A stretch of DNA of 37,987 nucleotides, from contig NC_082733.1 of assembly GCF_030144855.1 (NCBI RefSeq), positions 45,162,014 to 45,200,000 on the forward strand, in the 5' to 3' direction. Under the pieces are notes generated by a model. That model was not told where the DNA came from and searched no databases. It saw nothing but the letters and a program-made list of their open reading frames with translations. Positions 1 through 11,020 of this stretch are shown piece after piece. Every line of letters starts with the position of its first letter. Within the stretch, counting starts at the first letter, position 1. The position numbers and the translations under genes are program-made. Source of the DNA: Hypanus sabinus (taxonomy: Eukaryota).

Positions 1-60
1 GAGGGGGGGGAGGGGAGGGAGGAGGGGGACGAGAGGGGAGGAGGGAGGGGGGAGGGGGGG

Positions 61-260
61 NNNNNNNNNNNNNNNNNNNNNNNNNNNNNNNNNNNNNNNN
101 NNNNNNNNNNNNNNNNNNNNNNNNNNNNNNNNNNNNNNNNNNNNNNNNNNNNNNNNNNNNNNNNNNNNNNNNNNNNNNNNNNNNNNNNNNNNNNNNNNNN
201 NNNNNNNNNNNNNNNNNNNNNNNNNNNNNNNNNNNNNNNNNNNNNNNNNNNNNNNNNNNN
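61..260. other. Assembly gap (200 N), preceded by a G/A-rich low-complexity tract at 1-60
   Basis: Run of N seen directly. Confidence 0.99.
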
Positions 261-720
261 GGCTGGGGGTGGACCGAGGCCTGAAGCGCTGCCTCGGACA
301 TTCCTGGAGCAGCGGCCAGAAGACAGTCCGACCTCTCCTCCACACTGCAGAGTTGGCGGCGGCCGGGTAACCGGGGAGAGGGTCGGGCCGGGAGCATGAG
401 AAGCGGAGCCGAGCTGGGCCTCCCCCGTCCCCACTTACCGCCCTGACCTTTCCCCATTAACCCCACAGGAGGCGGCGAGTGTGAGGCCCGGCGCCAACCA
501 CCATACCATGGAGCCAGGGCACTGGGCACAGGGCGCCGCTGATGGGCTCACAGCCCCCGCAGGTACGAGGGTGCGGCACCCCCGACGCCGGGGGAGGGAC
601 CGGGAGGTGGGTAGCAATTCAACGGCTGAAACTGGGGTATCCCCGAGAAAAGGGGCTGATCCCGACTGGTCTCGGGTGGGGGGGGGGGGGGTAGGAGGCA
701 CCGTCAGTGGAGTTGGTGGT
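261..720. promoter_or_regulatory. CpG-rich promoter region around BLOC1S6 exon 1
   Basis: High GC and many retained CpGs compared with the CpG-depleted introns; contains the ATG at 508. Confidence 0.75.
508..562 (+). CDS. BLOC1S6: BLOC1S6 (pallidin) coding exon 1, MEPGHWAQGAADGLTAPA(G)
   Basis: Strong Kozak context ACCATGG; donor CAG|GTACGA at 563; phase 1 joins exon 2 in frame (G+GT=Gly). The peptide itself is not recognisably conserved, so this exon rests on signals and frame. Confidence 0.75.
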
Positions 721-2120
721 GGGGTCCGGTATAGATCAGTGTGGTGGTAAGGATGAAGATCCCTGAGGTGGGGTGGGTCTGGTTGGGATCGGTGTGATGG
801 TCAGGGTGAAGATCGGTGTGGTGGTCAGGGTGACAATCGGTGTGTGGTGGTCAGGGTGACAATCGGTGTGTGGTGGTCAGGGTGACGATTGGTGTGGTGG
901 TGGTCAGGGTGACGATCGGTGTGGTGGTCAGGATGAAGATCGGTGTGGTGGTTGGGGTGACGATCGGTGTGGTGGTCAGGGTGAAGTTCGGTGTGGTGGT
1001 CAGGGTGAAGATCGGTGTGTGGTGGTCAGGGTGAAGATCGGTGTGTGGTGGTCGGGGTGACGATCGGTGTGGTGGTCGGGGTGACGATTGGTGTGGTGGT
1101 CAGGATGAAGATCGGTGTGGTGGTCGGGGTGACGATTGGTGTGGTGGTCGGGGTGAAGATCGGTGTGGTGGTCAGGGTGAAGATCGGTGTGTGGTGGTCA
1201 GGGTGACGATCGGTGTGTGGTGGTCGGGGTGACGATCGGTGTGGTGGTCGGGATGAAGATCGGTGTGGTGGTCGGGGTGACGATTGGTGTGGTGGTCGGG
1301 GTGAAGATCGGTGTGGTGGTCGGGGTGATGATCGGTGTGGTGGTCGGGGTGACGATTGGTGTGGTGGTCGGGGTGAAGATCGGTGTGGTGGTCGGGGTGA
1401 TGATCGGTGTGGTGGTCGGGGTGACGATCGGTGTGGTGGTCAGGGTGACGATCGGTGTGGTGATCAGGGTGACGATCGGTGTGGTGATCGGGGTGAAGTT
1501 TAGTGTGTGGTGGTCGGGGTGACGATCGGTGTGGTCAGGGTGACGATCAGTGTGGTGGTCTAGTTGAGATCAGTGTGGTGGTCAGGATGAAGATCCGTGA
1601 GGTGGGGTGGGTCTGGTTGGGATTGGTGTGGTGGTCGGGGTGAAGATCGGTGTGGTGGTCAGGGTGACGATCGGTGTGGTCAGGGTGAAGATCGGTGTGG
1701 TGATCATGGTGAAGTTTGGTGTGTGGTGGTCAGGGTGACGATCAGTGTGTGGTGGTCAGGGTGAGATCCATGAGTGATAGGCACTTGTCATCCGTGAGAA
1801 GGGGTAGGGGTCGGGGTGAGGGTCCACTGGAGGTGTGGCGGTCAGGGAGAGGTTCATGGGGGGGTGACGGTCAGGGTGAGATCCGTGGGGGGTGGGGCCA
1901 TCAGAGTGATATCCATGGGGGGGGGGAGGTCAGATTGAGATCCACAGGGGTGGGGGAACATTAGGGTGAGATCCATGGGGTGGGGTGGGTCAGTGTGAGA
2001 TCCACAGGGGCAGGGTGGGGAGGTCAGGGTGAGATCCATGAGGGCATAGGGTAGTCAAGGTGAGATACATGGGGGGCATTTAGAGTGAGATCCATGGGGA
2101 GTGCAGGCCCAGGTGAGAGC
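721..2120. repeat. G/T-rich minisatellite, 24-bp unit GGTGTGGTGGTCAGGGTGACGATC (26-bp variants); diverged tail after about 1760
   Basis: Tandem units read directly; 8-aa periodicity (VVVRVTIG) in the ORF track. Confidence 0.95.
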
Positions 2121-2689
2121 CGTGAGTTAATGAAGGAGTTTAATCTCATTAATGTGAGGTGATGTATTTTACAAGTACATGACTAATCATAATGTGATTT
2201 GGAAGACAGAGGCGGTGCTGGCCTCTGTTAATTGGGGCAGCGAGGTTATACTCCACACCTATATAGGTGAGGCCTCACCTGGAGTAATATGTGCAGTTCC
2301 GCTTAGCACACGACAGGACATGTTTGATAATTCTGGAGAGCGTGCAGAGAGGTTTCACCTGGGATAGAACAAGAAGCAGAATCTGTATTGGGTTCTCAGC
2401 ACTCTCTTCTATGATGTGAATTTGTCGTTTTGGATAGATGTGAAGTAACTAGATATTAGAAAATTAATATATAGTGCAAAATACTAGGAAGTGTCAATGC
2501 AGCATTCAGAAATCTGATGGCAGCAGGAAGAATCTGATCCCTGAATTGCTGAGTGTGGATCTTCTGACATTTCGTTAACGAGGAGAGACTGGAGGGCTAC
2601 ATCAGTTGGAGCCAAGGGTGTTGAGGGGAAGGATGATAGAGGTATATGATTATGAGAAGTTAATATAATTTTGTTTGAATGCAGAAAAC

Positions 2690-3280
2690 AATCAAGGCAG
2701 ATGTAATGTTGGCATTCCTTTCAAGAGGATTAGAATGTAAAAGCAAGGATTTAATGTTGAGGCTTTATAAAACACTCTGAGACCTCACTTAGAGTATTGT
2801 GAGCAGTTTTGGGCCCCTTATCCAAGAAAGGATGTTCTGACATTGGAGAGGGTTCAGAGGAAGTTCTCAAAAAATATTCTAGGAATGAAAGGGCGGCCAT
2901 ATGAGGACCTGTACTCACTGGAATTCGGAAGAGTGAGTGGGGATCTCATTATAACCCATCGAATGTTGAAAGGCCTTGATAGAGTGGATGTGGAGAGAGT
3001 GTCTCTGGTATTGGGAGAGCCTAGAACTAGAGGGCACAGCCTCAGAGTAGAGGGACTTCCATTTAGAAACAGAGATATGAAGCAATTTCTTCAGCCAGAG
3101 ATTGAGAATTTGTTGCCACAGGCGGCTATGGAGGCCAAGTCATTGGATATATTTAAGGCAGATGTTGATAGATTCTTGATTAGTCAGGGCATGAAGAGAT
3201 ACAGGGAGAAAGCAGGAGATTGGGACTGAGAGGGAAGTGAAGCAGCCTCAATTCTGCTCCTATATCTTTTGGTCTTGTAC
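2690..3280 (+). mobile_element. CR1 LINE 3' fragment (ORF2 C-terminus and 3'UTR)
   Basis: Translates to ERVQRKF..GLDRVDVER..RTRGHSLR, typical of the CR1 ORF2 C-terminus; ends in a CR1-like tail. Confidence 0.85.
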
Positions 3281-3299
3281 TTTCCCCTTCTGAATAGAA

Positions 3300-3850
3300 C
3301 TGGAGACTGTGATTGGGATGTTTTTCAGCACAGGATTGGTGGCCGCTTGGAAAACACTCCAGAGGGAGTGGTGGAAGCTGAGTCACTGATGGCAATAAAG
3401 TGATTCAATGAACACTTGTATCTCTTAGGCACAAATCACAGGTTTTGAGGGGGTAACCAAGACAGGTGATGTAGACAGTGAGGTACATGGACCTTACTAA
3501 AGTTTTTGACATGGGGCATGGTGGGCTGCTGTAGGACTGTAAGGCAAAATGGATTTGAGGTAAACTGGATTTCTGATAGGAAGGAGAGGGTAATACCGGT
3601 TGGAAGTTTCTGATTGGAAGTGTGTAACAAGTGGTGCACTGCAGGGATTAAATCTGGGGTCTTTGTTATTGACGTAATGGATGAGAATGTATGATTGGTC
3701 AATTCGTAGATGATGCAGATATTGGTGGAGTGATAGACAGTGAAGCTTTTCCTGGAGTGCTGTTGGACGTAGATCATCTGAAAGGTTGGGTGGGGCAGTT
3801 GCTGTGGGAATTTAATGCAGACAACTGTGAGGTAATGTTCTGTCAACTTT
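3300..3850 (+). mobile_element. Old, highly decayed CR1 reverse transcriptase remnant
   Basis: Eroded nucleotide matches to the YMDF.K.FD, GV.QGS.LG and KFADD regions seen in the other CR1 copies here. Confidence 0.5.
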
Positions 3851-4044
3851 CTGAGTGAGTTGTACACTGCAAGCTTCTGTGAAGCAGGCACTGAGACACT
3901 GTTTACATTTCATACCTCTGTAGCCTCTCACCAGTTAGATCACATACATCAACTTTATTTCCCAGCCAAGTTAGACATATTTTCCCAGAATCCACTTCAT
4001 TGGTAAGATCTTTGCCCACACAATCTCCTGTCTAACCCAATTGG

Positions 4045-4335
4045 AATTGGTTTATTATTGTCGCATGTACTGAGATATAGTAAAAAGCTTGTCTTGCAAA
4101 CTGTTCATACAGATCAGATCATTACACAGTGCACTAAGATAGAACAAGGTAAATCAATAACAGAATGCAGAATAATGTGTAACAGCTACAGGGAAAATGT
4201 AGTGCAGGTAGACAATAAGATGCAAGGTTTAATGAGATAGATTATAGATTGTGAGGTCAAAAGTCCATTTTATTGTTCAAGGGAATCATTTGATAGTCTT
4301 ACAACAGCAGATAGAGACTGTCCTTGAGTCTTCCG
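4045..4335 (-). mobile_element. Rex1/Babar-type LINE 3' end
   Basis: Shares sequence with 25305-25520 (gtttatta..tgtc.catgt..gagata.agt.aaaagcttgtctt..atcattacacagtgcact); family assignment is from recall. Confidence 0.55.
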
Positions 4336-4499
4336 GCTTCTGCCCAATGGGAGGGGGAGTTGGGGGAGAGGAAAGAAGGGTGTGGGTGGGTGGCTGGCTG
4401 TTTCACTGAGGCAGTACAAAGTGTAGGCAGAGTCCGTGAAGGGGAGGTCAGTTTCTGTGAACTGCTGACTAATAAGCACAAACTCTCTGCAGTTTCTAA

Positions 4500-5095
4500 A
4501 CAAGAGAAAATCTGCAGATGCTGAAAATCCGAGCAACACACACAAAATGCTGGAGGAACTCAGCAGGTCAGGCAGCATCTATGGAAAAGAGTACAGTCGA
4601 CATTTCGGGCTGAGACCCTTCAGCAGGATTGGAGAAAAAAAAAGATGAGTAGATTTAAAAGGAGGGGGGTGAGAAATACAAGGTGATAGGTGTTCATCGA
4701 TTTCTCAAAGTTATGTTTTTGCCCCTCTCCCTCCTCTCCTTCACCAGCCCCATCCCCTTTTTTTCCCTCTCTCACCTTATCTCCTTGCCTGCCCATTGCC
4801 TCCCTCTGGTGCTCTTCCTCTCTTTTCTTTCTCCCATGGCCGTCTGTCCTGTCCTGTTAGATTCCCCCTTCTCCAGCCCTGTATCTCTTTCATCAATCAA
4901 CTTCCCAGCTCTTTACTTCATCCCTCCCCCCTCCCGGTTTCACCTATCATCTCTCCCCTTCCCTCACCTTTTAAATCTACTCATCTTTTTTTCTCCAGTC
5001 CCGATGAAGAGTCTTGGCCCAAAACATCAATAGCACTCTTTTCCACGGATGCTGTCTGGCCTGCTGAGTTCCTCCAGCACTTTGTGTGTGTTTCT
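4500..5095. mobile_element. Penelope-like-derived short repeat, two inverted halves, each with a degenerate minimal hammerhead motif
   Basis: Arms 4536-4665 and 4965-5092 are approximate reverse complements; motifs at 4594-4631 (-) and 4996-5033 (+). Confidence 0.75.
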
Positions 5096-5419
5096 CTGCA
5101 GTTCTTGTTGCTTCACCTAGCTGAAAGCATCCAGACAGGATCCTTTCAAAGGTGCATTGAAAACAAATTGGTAAGAGTTGACAGGGTACTTTCCCACCTC
5201 TTTGTGCTTTCAGCAGGTTTACCAGCCAAGCCTTCAGTAATCCAGCTCTCCTAACCATGAAGCTGTGTAGGCATGTGGCAGCTGAACACATTACATGTGT
5301 TAACCCAAAGTTGAGAATACATTGTCATTTGAAACATGACAGAGTTTCTGTGGACGATCAGAGTGTTGCTTACTGTAGTGTGGGTAACAGTCGTGCATGT
5401 GCTCCTTCCTGTTTCTCAG

Positions 5420-5564
5420 GTGTCACTAAAAGCGACCTGGAGTACGAGGGCTCGGGCGAACTGATGTGTGTGAATCAGGAGACTGTGGAGAAGCTGACGG
5501 AAGGGTTAATATCTCACTATCTTCCAGATCTGAAGCAACTGAAAAATGCCCTCCAGGAACTGAC
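5420..5564 (+). CDS. BLOC1S6: BLOC1S6 coding exon 2, (G)VTKSDLEYEGSGELMCVNQETVEKLTEGLISHYLPDLKQLKNALQEL(T)
   Basis: Acceptor cttcctgtttctcAG; donor AC|GTACGT; VEKLTEGLISHYLPDL..ALQELT matches pallidin as recalled (human VEQLAEGLLSHYLPDLQRSKQALQELT). Confidence 0.95.
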
Positions 5565-5724
5565 GTACGTCTGTGAATGTATTCACTCTTGGCCATCGAT
5601 TGTTTCATTGGTTGCTAGGTCTAAGGGAAATGGGGAGCATTGATACCCACAAAGAGTGGCAACGCAGGGAGACAGAGGTGTATACGAGGCATACAGCAAA
5701 CATACTTTCACCATTTGGGGTGTT

Positions 5725-6232
5725 GACCATAAAAGGTCCAGAGGAACTTCACGAGAATGCTTCTGGGAATGAAAGAGTTAATGTATGATGAGTGTGTGGG
5801 TGATGACTCTGGGCCTATACTCTCTGGAGCTTAGAAGAATGGGGGGTGGAGGCGGAATATCATTGAATCCTATCATATATTGAAAGGCCTAGGTAGAATA
5901 AATGTGGAGAGAATGTTTCCTATGGTGGGGGAGTCTAGAACCAGAGGACACAGCCTCAGAATAGAGGGACGTCCATTTAGAACAGAGATGAGGAGGAATT
6001 TCTTTAGCCTGAGGGTGGTGAATCTGTGGAATTCATTGCCACAGGTGGCTGTGGAGGCCAGATCATTGAGTATATTTAAATGGAGGTTGATAGTCTGGGT
6101 GTCAAAGGTTATGAAAGAAGGCAAGAGAATTGGGTTGAGAGGGATAATAAATCAGTCTAATGGAATGGTGGAGCAGATTCGATGGGCTGAATGGCCCAAT
6201 TCTGCTCTTATGTCTAATAGTCTTATAGACTT
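5725..6232 (+). mobile_element. CR1 LINE 3' end
   Basis: ORF 5880: ERMFPMVGESRTRGHSLRIEGRPFRTEMRRNFFS.RVVNLWNSLPQ, the CR1 ORF2 C-terminus, plus 3' tail. Confidence 0.9.
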
Positions 6233-6331
6233 AAAGGTTGGGATGTCATGTTGCAGCTGTATAAAACGACCGGAGTATTGTGTGCAGTGTCAGGTGTGGG
6301 TGGGGGGATAGGTTTGCTTTAATTGCGAACC

Positions 6332-7100
6332 ACAAACAAAATGCTGGAGGAACTCAGCAGGTCTGGCAGCATCTATGGAAAAGAGTGCATTTGACGTTTT
6401 GGGCCAAGACCATTCATCAAGACTGGAAAGGTTGGGGGGGAGGGGTAGAAGCCAGAATAAGGTGGTAGGGGTAGTGGGGTCAGAGTACACGCTAGAAGGT
6501 GATTGGTGAGACCAGGTAAGGGGAAAGGTGGGTGGTAGGGTCAGGGGGTCGAGTACACGCTAGAAGGTGATTGGTGAGACCAGGTAAGGGGGAAGGTGGG
6601 TGGTAGGGGCAGGGGGTCGAGTACACGCTAGAAGGTGATTGGTGAGACCAGGTAAGGGGGAAGGTGGGTGGTAGGGGCAGGGGGTCGAGTACACGCTAGA
6701 AGGTGATTGGTGAGACCAGGTAAGGGGGAAGGTGGGTGGTAGGGGCAGGGGGTCGAGTACACGCTAGAAGGTGATTGGTGAGACCAGGTAAGGGGGAAGG
6801 TGGGTGGTAGGGGCAGGGGGTCGAGTACACGCTAGAAGGTGATTGGTGAGACCAGGTGAGGGGGAAGGTGGGTAGTAGGGGCAGGGGGTCGAGTACATAC
6901 TAGTAGCTGATAGGTGAGACCAGGTGAGGGGGAAGTGGGGGAGGGAGGAATTAAGTGAGAATCTATTGTGTTTATGATGTGCTTTGGTATGGGGTGATTG
7001 TGAACGACCTGCCTCGTAGCTGAGCCGAGACTCTTCATTAAGACTGGAAAGGCAGGGTGGGGGGGGGGGTGGTTTAAAAGCCAGAATAAGGTGGTAGTAG
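6332..7100 (-). mobile_element. Penelope-like-derived short repeat (hammerhead motif at 6388-6425, partial copy at 7021-7046) with an internal tandem expansion
   Basis: Same caaaatgctggaggaactcagcagg...gcagcatctatggaa head as at 4543. Confidence 0.7.
6483..6945. repeat. 68-bp tandem repeat, about 7 copies
   Basis: GAGTACA starts at 6483, 6551, 6619, 6687, 6755, 6823 and 6891; internal copies are nearly identical. Confidence 0.95.
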
Positions 7101-7218
7101 GTTGACAATCTGTCCTTTGTGTATTCCAGCCCCAGGCTTCTCGCTGGGAGTCAGTGCATGGTGTCTGAAAAGGGGCTGAGAGCAGTGTCCTTAAACTTGT
7201 TTGTATTTCACATTTTAG

Positions 7219-7306
7219 ACAAAATCAAGTGGTTCTGTTGGACACTCTGGAGCAGCAGATCGCCAAATTCCGCGAGTGCCATCTGGTGCTGGATATCAAC
7301 GCTCTT
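7219..7306 (+). CDS. BLOC1S6: BLOC1S6 coding exon 3, (T)QNQVVLLDTLEQQIAKFRECHLVLDINAL
   Basis: Acceptor cattttAG; donor CTT|GTGAGT; close to recalled human QNQVVLLDTLEQEISKFKECHSMLDINAL. Confidence 0.97.
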
Positions 7307-7822
7307 GTGAGTACAATGTGGAACAGAAGTGGTCAGGCAACAGAGAGAAATGGTTTCAGGGTCCGATTCTCTCCACAAGGAGGCCTTCTGCTCTGCCAGC
7401 TCATTGGAAAAACTCTCCACTTGCCTACAATTTACCCAGAACAGAGCCAGAGCTCAAGAGAACAATTACATAGATAGCAGCAGGGGTAACCGGGATCTCT
7501 GTGTACATTTGTAGCTGCACCAACCCATGTCTCTGTGGTTCCCTAGAGCAAAATTACTCACTGAGTACTGGGGTGGGACACGCAGGAATCACGGGAGGAA
7601 AGCTAATAATGTTAAAGGTTACAGGGGGGATTTGGAATAAAATGTGCTTGGATAAATAAATGCCAGGTCAGGCCCACAGCAGGATGGGAAATGTGACTTA
7701 TGCAACTTTTGATAATTAGTACATAGATCCTGTTTCAGGATTCTAGTTTGTTAAAGTCATTTCAAGTACGCAAGTGTGGAGGAGAATGAAATTAAGGATC
7801 CAGTGCTTGCCCAGCATACACA

Positions 7823-7944
7823 ATGAATAAACTCTTCTCGGGCTGCTAGCTGGGTACAGATATCGATTTTAACTCATGTTTCCGAGAAACTCTGCCGTCT
7901 TCATCAGGGATGATACCTGGGCATGTCTAGTCCAGTGGTATTTA
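7823..7944 (-). mobile_element. Terminal fragment of a second Penelope-like family with a hammerhead-like core
   Basis: Minus strand reads catccCTGATGAagacggcagagtttctcgGAAACatg; family recognition is from recall. Confidence 0.45.
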
Positions 7945-8991
7945 AAACACAATAAATAGAAATACTTAAGATAACAAATCCATAGATTGACTGTATGTCC
8001 ATAAAGTGATGCAATGCACAGGAGTGTCTGTACGTAAGGGACTGATGGGAAATGATAAAGTAGTGGTGGTTGGGGGTGTGGAGGGGTGGGTTGGTGGCTG
8101 GAGGTTTTGTTCAACCTTGCTGCTTGGGGAGACACAGAGCAAACACAATCGCTGGAGGAATGTTGGGCAGCATCTGTGGTAGCAAAGGAGTACATGATAG
8201 TTCAGTCCAGGAGCCAGCAAAGGGCTTAGAACTGGTCCATTGCCACAGTGGGAACGAGGTGTCATTGACTGGACTGGTCCCAGGAGGGTGGATTTACAGT
8301 GTGAGGAAAGGCTTGAGTAGACCAGGCTTGTGTTTCCTAGTGTTTGGTGGAATTGGGAGTGATCTCAGAGCTCAGTGAAGCTTAAAGTTGACAGTGCAGG
8401 GTAAGTTGGATGTAGGGAGGATGCCTGTCTGCCTAATGAGCCCAGAACCAGGGGCTCACAGTCTTTGAAAAACAGGTGAGTCAGGTTCAACTGAGATAAG
8501 GAGAAACTTCTTGCCTTGGAAGGTGGTGAATCTAGAATTATCCACCAGAGCATCTGTCTTCATTGGCCTTCAGAAATCAAAGTATTGAGTACAGGAGTTG
8601 GGATATGTGTTGAAGCTGTAAAAGACGTTAGTGAAGCCTAATTAGCGTATTGTGTGTAATTCAGGTGACCTAACCACAGGAAAAATATCAATAAGGTTGA
8701 AACAGTGCAGAGAGAATTTAGAATGATGTGGCCAGGACTGTGTTACAGCGGTCGGAAGCCTGTGAAGATGTAGTTCACTCAGGTTCGCCGATTAAGTAGA
8801 AAAGGCAGCGATTCATGGCAGTTTGGAGCCTTGAGCAACATCCAATCTTGCCAATAGATTGGCAAGAACAAATTAAACTAAGGCTGGGACAGAGTTAGAG
8901 GGAGATTTTGAGGCTTCAACAAGGAGAGGCTTCTGTCAGAGAAGACAAACAAGTAGGTAGAGTTCTCCCCACAGTTCTTCCTTCTTTATAT

Positions 8992-9758
8992 TGTTACGAA
9001 TTCCCATAACTGGATCACTTACCAGCAAAGATAGAGAGGTCCGTTGAAGTCTGATGGTACTATTTTTAAGAGTATTTATTGATAAAGGGCACAAAAATAA
9101 GATTAATGCAAACATACAGATAACATATGTTGTCAATACTAAATTTAAGCGTGGGCATAATAATAACCAATAAGAAATAGCTCTATCGTTGTCTAGGGGT
9201 TACTGTATTGTCCGATGGAAAGATAACAGTCACTATCAGTTCGTCCAAGCTGCAGCGTTGTTGGGTTTAAAAGTGATGCGGTTTAAACTTGCCCCAGGTC
9301 TTTTAAGATGCCGATCTGTTGAGTCAGGGGAGCGGGTTTCCCCGTTGTTAGCTAAAAGCTGTTTTCCCATGGTTCCAGCCACGGAATCGAACGCATGTGG
9401 CTTCCTTCAGATGACTTCCTGCTGTTACGTGGTCGCTTAACATTTCTTCTGGTGCGTCTGAAGGGGTTGTTCCCCAGACCCTCTTTTATACTTCCTCACG
9501 GGGTCTCAGATGTCAATCAGGTTGGGATGATGCAATCCCTCAACCAGCCCACTCTGGTCATCCCCTGAGGGGCTTCAATGAAGAGTACAGTACTCAATGC
9601 ACAACTTGGTCTTCCGGAGACAATGGCCATGTCCCATAGCTTTACATCGCCGGGGAAACAAGGCATTTTGCACGTCCCATTCTCCTTTCCCGGGCCCCTT
9701 GACCCAACCCAACGAAGACCTTGCAATTCTCACAAAGGAGGGGGCTACGGACGTAACA
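8992..9758 (-). mobile_element. Solo LTR (767 bp), Ty3/Gypsy- or ERV-type
   Basis: Termini TGTTACG...CGTAACA form a perfect 7-bp inverted repeat; exact 4-bp TSD ATAT at 8988-8991 and 9759-9762; on the minus strand TATAAAA (9490-9484) lies upstream of AATAAA (9080-9075). Confidence 0.9.
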
Positions 9759-9783
9759 ATATCTGCTCAGTTGGACTGTAGAG

Positions 9784-10660
9784 ATGCCCAGCAGGAGAGT
9801 TGAATGCTCCAGTGATTGGAGATTTCTTGTGGGATGTTGGAAGGCAGGGAGACCTCCAGTATCTCTGAACACTACAACTGCAAGAAGTGCATCCAGCTGC
9901 AGCTTCTAACAGTCTGCATTAAGGAGCCAGAACTGGAACTGGATGAGCAGGTAATTTGGGAGGCTGAGGGAGTGATAGATAGGACATATAGAGAGGTAGT
10001 TACACCCAAGGTGCAGGACACAGGACACTGGTGACAGGAAGGGGAAAGGGGTTAGGGAGCCAGTGCAGAGTACCTCTGTGGCCAACCCCCTCAACAATGG
10101 GTATAACACTTTGGATACTGTCTGGGGAAATAACCTAACAGAGGAAAGTCACAGTGTCCAGTCTCTGGCATTGAGTCTGAGTGACTCAGATGGCAGGGGT
10201 GAGAACAGTATGCTCCGGTGATTGGGGATTTGTTAGTTGGGGAACGGACAGGAGGTTCTGTGGGTGAGAATGAGATTCCTGAATGGTATGTTGCTTCCCA
10301 GGTGCCAGGGTCCGGCATATCTCGGATCAAGTCCTCGGCATTCTTAAGTGGGAGGGTGAACAGCTAGAGGTCGTGGTCCGTGTAGGTACCAATGACATGG
10401 GTGGGACGAGTGATGAGGTTCTGCATAGGGAGTTCAGAGTTAGGTGCTAAATTAAAGGGTGGGACCTCAAGGGTTGTGACCCCAGGATTGCTACCCATCC
10501 CACATGCTAGTGAGGCCAGAACTAGGAAGATTATACAGTTTAATATGTAGCTAAGGAGTTGGTGTAGGAGGGAGGGCATAAGATTTTTGGATCATCACCC
10601 AGGGAAGGTGGAACCTCTACAGAAAAGATGGTTTGCACCTGAACTGGAAGGGGACTAATA
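9784..10660 (+). mobile_element. CR1 LINE ORF1 remnant (Cys-rich/coiled-coil N-terminus plus SGNH esterase), disrupted; its 5'UTR probably extends left of the LTR to about 8880
   Basis: SCGM..YNCKKCIQLQLL..ELELDE..EAEGVIDRTYREVVTPK, then degenerate VIGD, VGTND and DGLHL esterase blocks with stops and frameshifts. Confidence 0.85.
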
Positions 10661-11020
10661 TAAGATAGAGGAGCAAAATTAGACCACTGACCCATTGAGC
10701 CTGCTCTGCCATTTCATCACGGCTGATCCATTTTTCAGCCCCAGTCTCCTGCCTTCTACCCGTATCCCTTCGTGCCCTGACCAGTCGAGAATCTATCTAC
10801 CTCTGTCTTAAATGTACATAACTTGCCCTACACAGCTGCCTGCAGCAAAGAATTCCACAGATTCACCACTCTCCAGCTAAAGAAATTCCTCCTCAACTCT
10901 GTTCTAAAAGGACACCCTCTCCACATCCACTCTATCAAGGCCTTCTAATATTCAATAGGTTTCAGTTAGGTCATCCCTCATTTCTGAATTCTAGTGAATA
11001 CTGGCCCAGAACTATCAAAC
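10661..11020 (-). mobile_element. CR1 LINE 3' end
   Basis: Reverse complement of the CR1 3' ends at 5725-6232 and 30860-31345. Confidence 0.8.

Noticed and set aside
840-1522. CGGxGDDR / VVVGVTIG repeat ORFs
   Set aside because: Artefact of the 24-bp minisatellite in intron 1.
5257-5643. 128-aa ORF taken as a stand-alone gene
   Set aside because: Only 5420-5564 is coding (BLOC1S6 exon 2); the flanks are intron read-through. The same applies to ORF 7229-7477.
6483-6945. CRISPR-like regular spacing
   Set aside because: Units are identical end to end with no unique spacers; vertebrate context and no cas genes.
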